This document shows positions 55,101-64,000 of a stretch of DNA of 64,000 nt, in pieces. The notes below the pieces were generated by a model that was given only the letters and a program-made list of their open reading frames with translations, was not told the origin of the DNA and searched no databases. A program made the position numbers and the translations under genes. The stretch comes from Adineta vaga (Eukaryota; Animalia; Rotifera): NCBI GenBank assembly GCA_021613535.1, contig CP075497.1, forward strand, positions 10,416,001-10,480,000, given 5' to 3'. Each line of letters opens with the position of its first letter. The stretch's first letter is position 1.

Positions 55101-57333
55101 ATTAAATTTCTATTTTCAGTTACCGAAGTAGGAGTATCTTGAAAAATGTGCTAGTAACAACAGGTAAAAATGATTGTCACCAAGAAAATTTTCTTGTTTA
55201 GATCACGTAAAGAATGAAGAAGTCTGAAATTTCTCACATCATTATCGTCATTACCTCTAACCGTGATTTCCTTTTGGAAAGTGCCGGATGCAAATTTAGA
55301 CTGAACTTTTCTGAAACATTGTCAGACACATTCTTGATTAAAAAAAGTGTCGAAAACATTTGTATCACTAGGTATTGAAATAGATTATTTATACTTACGA
55401 TTGAAACATTTGCAAAAGTCTTAACGAATAATAATCATACGTATATTTCTCGAAGTATTATCAAGGGAATGAAAAAATGAAGATATAATTTTGACTTCTA
55501 TTTGCACATAGTTATTACTACGGAAATTGAATAATGCGATCGTGCAAAATAAGTAACTAAATGATCATACAAAAAAAAAGGAGTCGAGTAAAAACATTCT
55601 AAAAAACGACGTCATTTAAAATATTATTATCTTCAACTTTAATCAACATGTATATTTGATGAAGATTTCATGTTGTTGATACATAAACAATAATTGACAA
55701 TGAAAGATTTTCGTCGAATATCATGTGACTGAAACAGAAACAAAGACGCCAGTATTGTTTGGTACATTTCAATAGATAGAAGTTTATTCTGACCTTATTA
55801 TTTTTCCGATTTGAATATTAATATGAGGAGAAATGAAACACAGATGTAAATTACGAAAACTATCAGTAGTGATTGTTTATTAGAAAAAGAACTTTCTATA
55901 GTGATTGCAATGATCAATGACAATATACGTTGGATATTAAATGCACATCAATTCTATATTGATGAAATCGATATATACTCGAAAACTGAATTGATTTTGA
56001 ATTATAAATTGATATGACTATATTTTTGTGATCCTATTTAAGCTTCATCGTTTTTCTCTTTAACTGCATTGCATTCGTCTCTGTTGACTAACTTATAATG
56101 ACATTTTCTTTGATAATCTATTTCGGAAAAAAAGAAAATATCAAATTGATCTTTTTCTCGTCTGAAAAACAAACTATTCGATGAATTCCATCAATATTAT
56201 TTTCCTATGACATCAACTGACATCTTCAACCGATCAATAGGTATAATTATGAATAGACGAGTAGTAGTTATTCTTCTTCTTTTTGTTTCCGCTACTTGAT
56301 TAGATCGACATTTGTTTGCTTCATTTAGATTTTTCATAGATCTCGTTTTTTTCCTTTCTGTATTGTCAATTCATTCGAATTCTCGGAAATAAAGTAATCG
56401 AGAAGTTAAAGTTCGACTTGAAAAGAAAAAAACCTTATTTCAATCGGTATTGTTAATAATAATTCAATTGTCATCAGTCTGTCATTTTCTATTCGACTAG
56501 AAGAGTAAAGAGTAAATCGATTAATTTACATAATGTCAAGATCGATATGAATCTGACATGCAATAAAATTGAATAGATTTATTATTATTGTTTGTCAAAT
56601 CATATTTTTTTTCTTTGGACTATGAATAAACTATGGATGGTAATGACTATTAGCGACAACTATTTTCGTATTTAAGTTTTGTTTCTTCGTCAGAAATAAA
56701 TGCGAATAAAAAAGCATTTATTGAAGAAAAGAAAGATTTTTCTTCTCTTTTTTCTTTCGAATAGATCGAGAAAAAAAACAATTTGAGCAGAAGAATATCG
56801 ACATATTATTTATTTTTGTACCTCCTATTTCGTTACATCTAAGGTGTGCAATATGAGATAGAAATCATGTCTTTCTTTTGTCGATATATTCATATACTTA
56901 TTTTAAAATATTGCGTGAGCAAGTAGAAAAAAGAAACGCATCACCGAAAGATCAGTTCAATAATTGGTCCGATAAGAATCGAGTAGTTTCTTTTAGTCTA
57001 TTCTTTTCATTCGTTCGTCATCTTATTGTTGTTTATTTGTCATTCAAGAAACATTATTCATCATCAGATGTTATAGAATGAATTTTTTCCTTTTCTTCTT
57101 TCTTTTTTTTTTGATTATATTTTCTATTACATGAATTAATTATTTAATATGATTTTATTTGATCAGTTATGATCGAATTATATTGTTGGCACTCATAAGA
57201 AAAGTTAAACAATCAAAATACAAACCAACAAATAAAAACTTTATTCCAATTATTTCCATCCTTATTTTCATTTGTTCATCTTGGATCCGTCGAGCTGAAG
57301 CGATTTTCAGACGCAATCACTCATCTGCGACAA

Positions 57334-60226
<2,893 letters not shown>

Positions 60227-61300
60227 ATGAACATTTTCTTTTATATCGATAGAACATATATGAAAAGAATCTTTTTTCTTCTACATTATCTCAATTTACT
60301 TATCTAGTTAAAACTACTTTCTTTTCTTTTTCTTTTGTACAGAATTGAAAACATAAGTTCAAAAATGAAATAACAAAGAGTGAACTAAAGTCTCTCTTTC
60401 GCATAGGATTCATTTCTGTTTAGTGTGCGTGATCACATGTCTCTTCTCTTCTTCTTTTTTTGCTCTTTCCGCTTGTATTTTTCTACGCACATATATGTCG
60501 TGAGCATGTTTCGCGTTGTTCGTCTTTCTTTTCATTCTTTTGTCGTATGTTCGATTAGGCGAAGCCGACAACAAACTTTGTTCTTCCCAAGTTCGCGTTT
60601 CTTTCTTTTTTTTCCTTTATATATATATATACATATATACATTATACTCATATTCTGTCACTTTCTTTTTCTTTTATCATCGAACAATTAAATAATCGCT
60701 CTGTTTGTTCTATTCTTTCTTTTTTCTAAAAAAATAGATCTGTATGCGTGTATGAACGTGTGCATATTCGCGGATTTCGATCAATCGATCTCAAACATGA
60801 AAAAAAAATCAAAAAAAAGTTTAATGTACAAGAAAAGATCTGTTATTCTTCTTTCTTGTCCGCGTGGTTTGTGTGATCATTTCTGCCTTCTTTGCGTATA
60901 TTCGTATGTGTGTAATTCATTTTTTTTTCATTCTTTTCGCGGCTTTTGTTTGTAAAACAACAACATAACATCAATCTTTTATTCCTAATGTTCATTCTTT
61001 TTTTTTCTCTTACGACTTATGTGGTTTTTTCTTTATTTGATTATAGATTTTATCACCATCTTTCTCTAAATCCGACTGTTATCATCAACGGTTTTGGTTT
61101 CGGTTTTGTTCTTCTTTATTCAATCATCTATTTCCATTGCTGATTTCAATAGATAAAAGAGAAAGAAAAACCAAGAAACAACACTTCTTATTTTTTTCAT
61201 TACATTGAAATTTTGTTCGTTCGTTCATTCGTTTGTTTGTTTATTATTATTTATTGTGTTTATTATAACACATTAATTTGTTATTGAATTGGAAAAAATT

Positions 61301-62884
61301 ATGGTCGATACAGTGACGACAACAAAAACAGCAAGAACAACAATGGGAAATGATAATGATGATTGGGAAGTGGCCGTCGATACGGGTGAATTTGATAAAC
61401 GGCTTGAACAGCAAGAGAAAACTCGCGCATCGAATCAAGTAAACTTTTGCATAGTTAATACTGAAGACTAGATGATATTGATTGATTGATTGAATCTCAG
61501 TTGTTAGTTTGATTTTCTTAAAGCTCATTAGCGAAATATAAGAAGATGTAAGTGACAATAATCTGACGTAGTAATGATAGTTACTCGTTGATACAAAAAT
61601 AGTATGTCTTTGAAGACGCTATTTTTATATTTGGAAAGACGTCATGGTTAGTACAACTAAGACAATTATGATCCTGTTTTATGTTAAATTACAAAAAAAT
61701 TTCACGCTGATTATTTTCGATCATTGTAGTTTTGATTATAACGACTATTTTTAATTTATAAAGATACATTTTGATCTACTATTTTCTAGGAATCTGTAAC
61801 ATCTGCTGCACCGCCCGCTATCACTGATGATGACAGTCGAAATACTACAAGTTTCAATTTAATGAATTCGAATAAACCAATTCGAATTCTGAAAAGACCA
61901 ACCAGTCAATCACATTTATCCACCAATAGCGATGTACCTAATTCTTCAATAGCACCTCAAACTGTTATACCTAACAATACTACTTCGGCAACGATAACGT
62001 CATCAAATAATACCAATAATACAAATGACAGTAATTCATCCTCTTCTTACAATAGTTCTTCGTCTACAACAGTGCCTGTCATATCGATCATTCCACGAAA
62101 TCAAACAAAAGATTCAATCAATTCGTCAGAATCAATAGCAACACCTGTTTTTACTTCAATTTCGTCGTCTGCACAATCAACAAAACCTCCCATTAAAACT
62201 TATGAACAACGTGAACTTGAATACAGATTAGCTAGACTTAGGTAAATTCTTTCAGAAAAAGAAATATTAACTCTTGTTCTGATCATTATTATTTCTTTCA
62301 GAATTATGGGCGAAGAAGAAAGTTCAGCAAAAGATGATGATGATGATATACCTACTGTTGAAGTAACGCCTTTGTCTACAGACGATAGTACTAAAACGGC
62401 ATTGTCTTCAACGACAAGATCAACAAATAAAATGAATGGATTTTCACAACCACCTCTTCAATGTCATTCAACACCTGGTAGTTATGCTTCAGATTTATAT
62501 ACACTCAATAATGTCCCATCAAATACAGGAACAATTCATTTTACACCAAATAATAATACTAATAATAATAGTACGGCAAATCTTGGAACAGGACCTTTTT
62601 CTTCGCCTAACTTTCCTCAACATTATCGTAATACATTTACCGGTCCATACTCTCATTTACTACCGACTCCACCTGGAGTTCCACGTTATCCTATACCAGC
62701 AACAACAACTACTACACTCTATATGACATCCACAGCACCATTTATCAGCGCACCATTATCATCTGTATCTTCGTCATATCATTATCCACCACAGCAGCAT
62801 CCAAATTTGTCAACAAATAATTGGTATCATTATCAACATCCTCAAACACCGTACGGTACGCAACAATATGGACATCCGCAATAA
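61301..62884 (+). CDS. SZRD1: SUZ-domain protein, SZRD1-like; 3 exons
   Basis: DDWEVAVDTGEFDKRLE, PIRILKRP and IKTYEQRELEYRLARLR|IMG match SZRD1 motifs (WEEAADSGEIDRRLE, IRILKRP, KSLAQREAEYAEARKRILG). Confidence 0.8.
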
Positions 62885-63339
62885 ATTATTCACAGAAAGA
62901 AATACATGATTGTTTCATTTTCTCTCTTATTTTTTAAAAAATTCATTCGTCGATCGATCGACATCAGATTTAAAAAAAAAGAAATCAACATTTTTTGTAC
63001 TGCATGTTAAACAGCTTCATAAATTTGAATCCAGCTGGAAGAATATAATTCGCTGACAAATAGTGAGAAACAATTTTAAAATATTCCAAAAGACTTGTGT
63101 TAAGCAATGATACTGTCAAAAGCTGTGCATTTGACTGAACGTGTTCTCCTCTTAACAGTGTCTGTGATACTACTATATACTCTCAGATATCTTCCTATAC
63201 ACAAAAAAAAAACAATTCTTTTCTATCGTTTAACTGAGCTGATGTTTTATTTTTACCTTATATCTTTCTTAGACACTTCGACTTCTGATGATAGAATTAA
63301 CAATCAAAAATAAGCTTTTACTGATTCTTAAAGCCTTTT

Positions 63340-63545
63340 CTTGAAACTTACGAACTGGCTTCAGTTAACTCCGGAGACCGGAACCATCGTCTTGAGTTAG
63401 GACGAACAATTAGTAAATAAGGATTTAGTCTTTCCTGGCAACGAACACTACCGACAATAATTTCATCAGGTAAGAACAAACATGGTCGAAAGAGGTTTAA
63501 AGATCGTTTACTTGGTGCTTCATTGGAAACAATTATATATTGTAT
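63340..63545 (+). mobile_element. Possible decayed piggyBac-like transposase fragment
   Basis: One + frame reads ...TIVLS*DEQLVNKDLVFPGNEHYRQ*F...RGLKIVYLV, resembling the piggyBac DEQL..FRGRC.FRQY...YGIKI block, but with stops. No TIRs were identified. Confidence 0.25.
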
Positions 63546-64000
63546 AAATTTTATCATGTTTATTTTGTTGCAAATAAATTTGAAAAAGTTTCGTTGTAAA
63601 ATTCAGCAAAAGAATACACAATGAAAGGTCTATCTTCTATAGAAAAAAATGAAATATATTTTGATATCATGGATAAGTTAGAAAGTGACAAATGAGAAAA
63701 AAGAAGGATTGATCTTGAGAACAAGGATATTTCCAAAACAAATTGAATAGAAAAATAGAACAAGTAACAAAGAGATCAACGTATCTAACTATACTTTGTT
63801 GATCTATTTTCATAGTGAATACGTGCTTTACTCGTCGTCTAATATCTATCGTCGATATTCATACAATCAAATTGTTCAGCGTTCAATATCGAGACTAATA
63901 TTTATTTCAAAATGTGATGAATTCCCATGCTTATTCTTACTAAATTACATTATATCAGAGGAAAATAATTTGGTTAGAATACATTTGTGAACAATTATTA

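Noticed and set aside
55200-57100. 2-kb gene-free stretch upstream of PP2A-B56
   Set aside because: No convincing exon, RNA gene or repeat seen; treated as ordinary intergenic or 5' regulatory DNA.

Overview
AT-rich, gene-dense eukaryotic (animal) genomic DNA with mostly 45-75 nt GT-AG introns. The compact structure, intronless orphan 7TM genes and a bacterial-type domain inside an intron-containing gene suggest a bdelloid rotifer (inference, not proven). About 26 protein-coding loci can be reconstructed by hand-splicing: tetraspanin, RASL10-like GTPase, CYP3-clan P450, HP1-like, 4E-BP, CD225/dispanin, PRP19, KIAA0319-like, two 7TM receptors, a tandem Rab35-like pair, ABCG half-transporter, BiP, MEF2, GPD2, a neuroligin-like carboxylesterase, PP2A-B56, SZRD1-like and several orphans. 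Highlights: (1) a spliced, secreted chimera of a bacterial YbaY/YscW-like domain and an animal Kunitz inhibitor domain (10707-11581); (2) an orphan carrying about 20 regularly spaced TQT-like LC8-binding motifs; (3) a secreted protein with a nested 7/14/42-aa His-acidic repeat flanked by CPxG mini-modules; (4) apparent single-base frameshifts in ABCG and MEF2 and a decayed PKA-RII relic; (5) a tightly packed, possibly operon-like Rab35 pair with a displaced intron. No rRNA, tRNA, CRISPR array or intact transposon was recognised. All family assignments come from motif recognition, not database searches.
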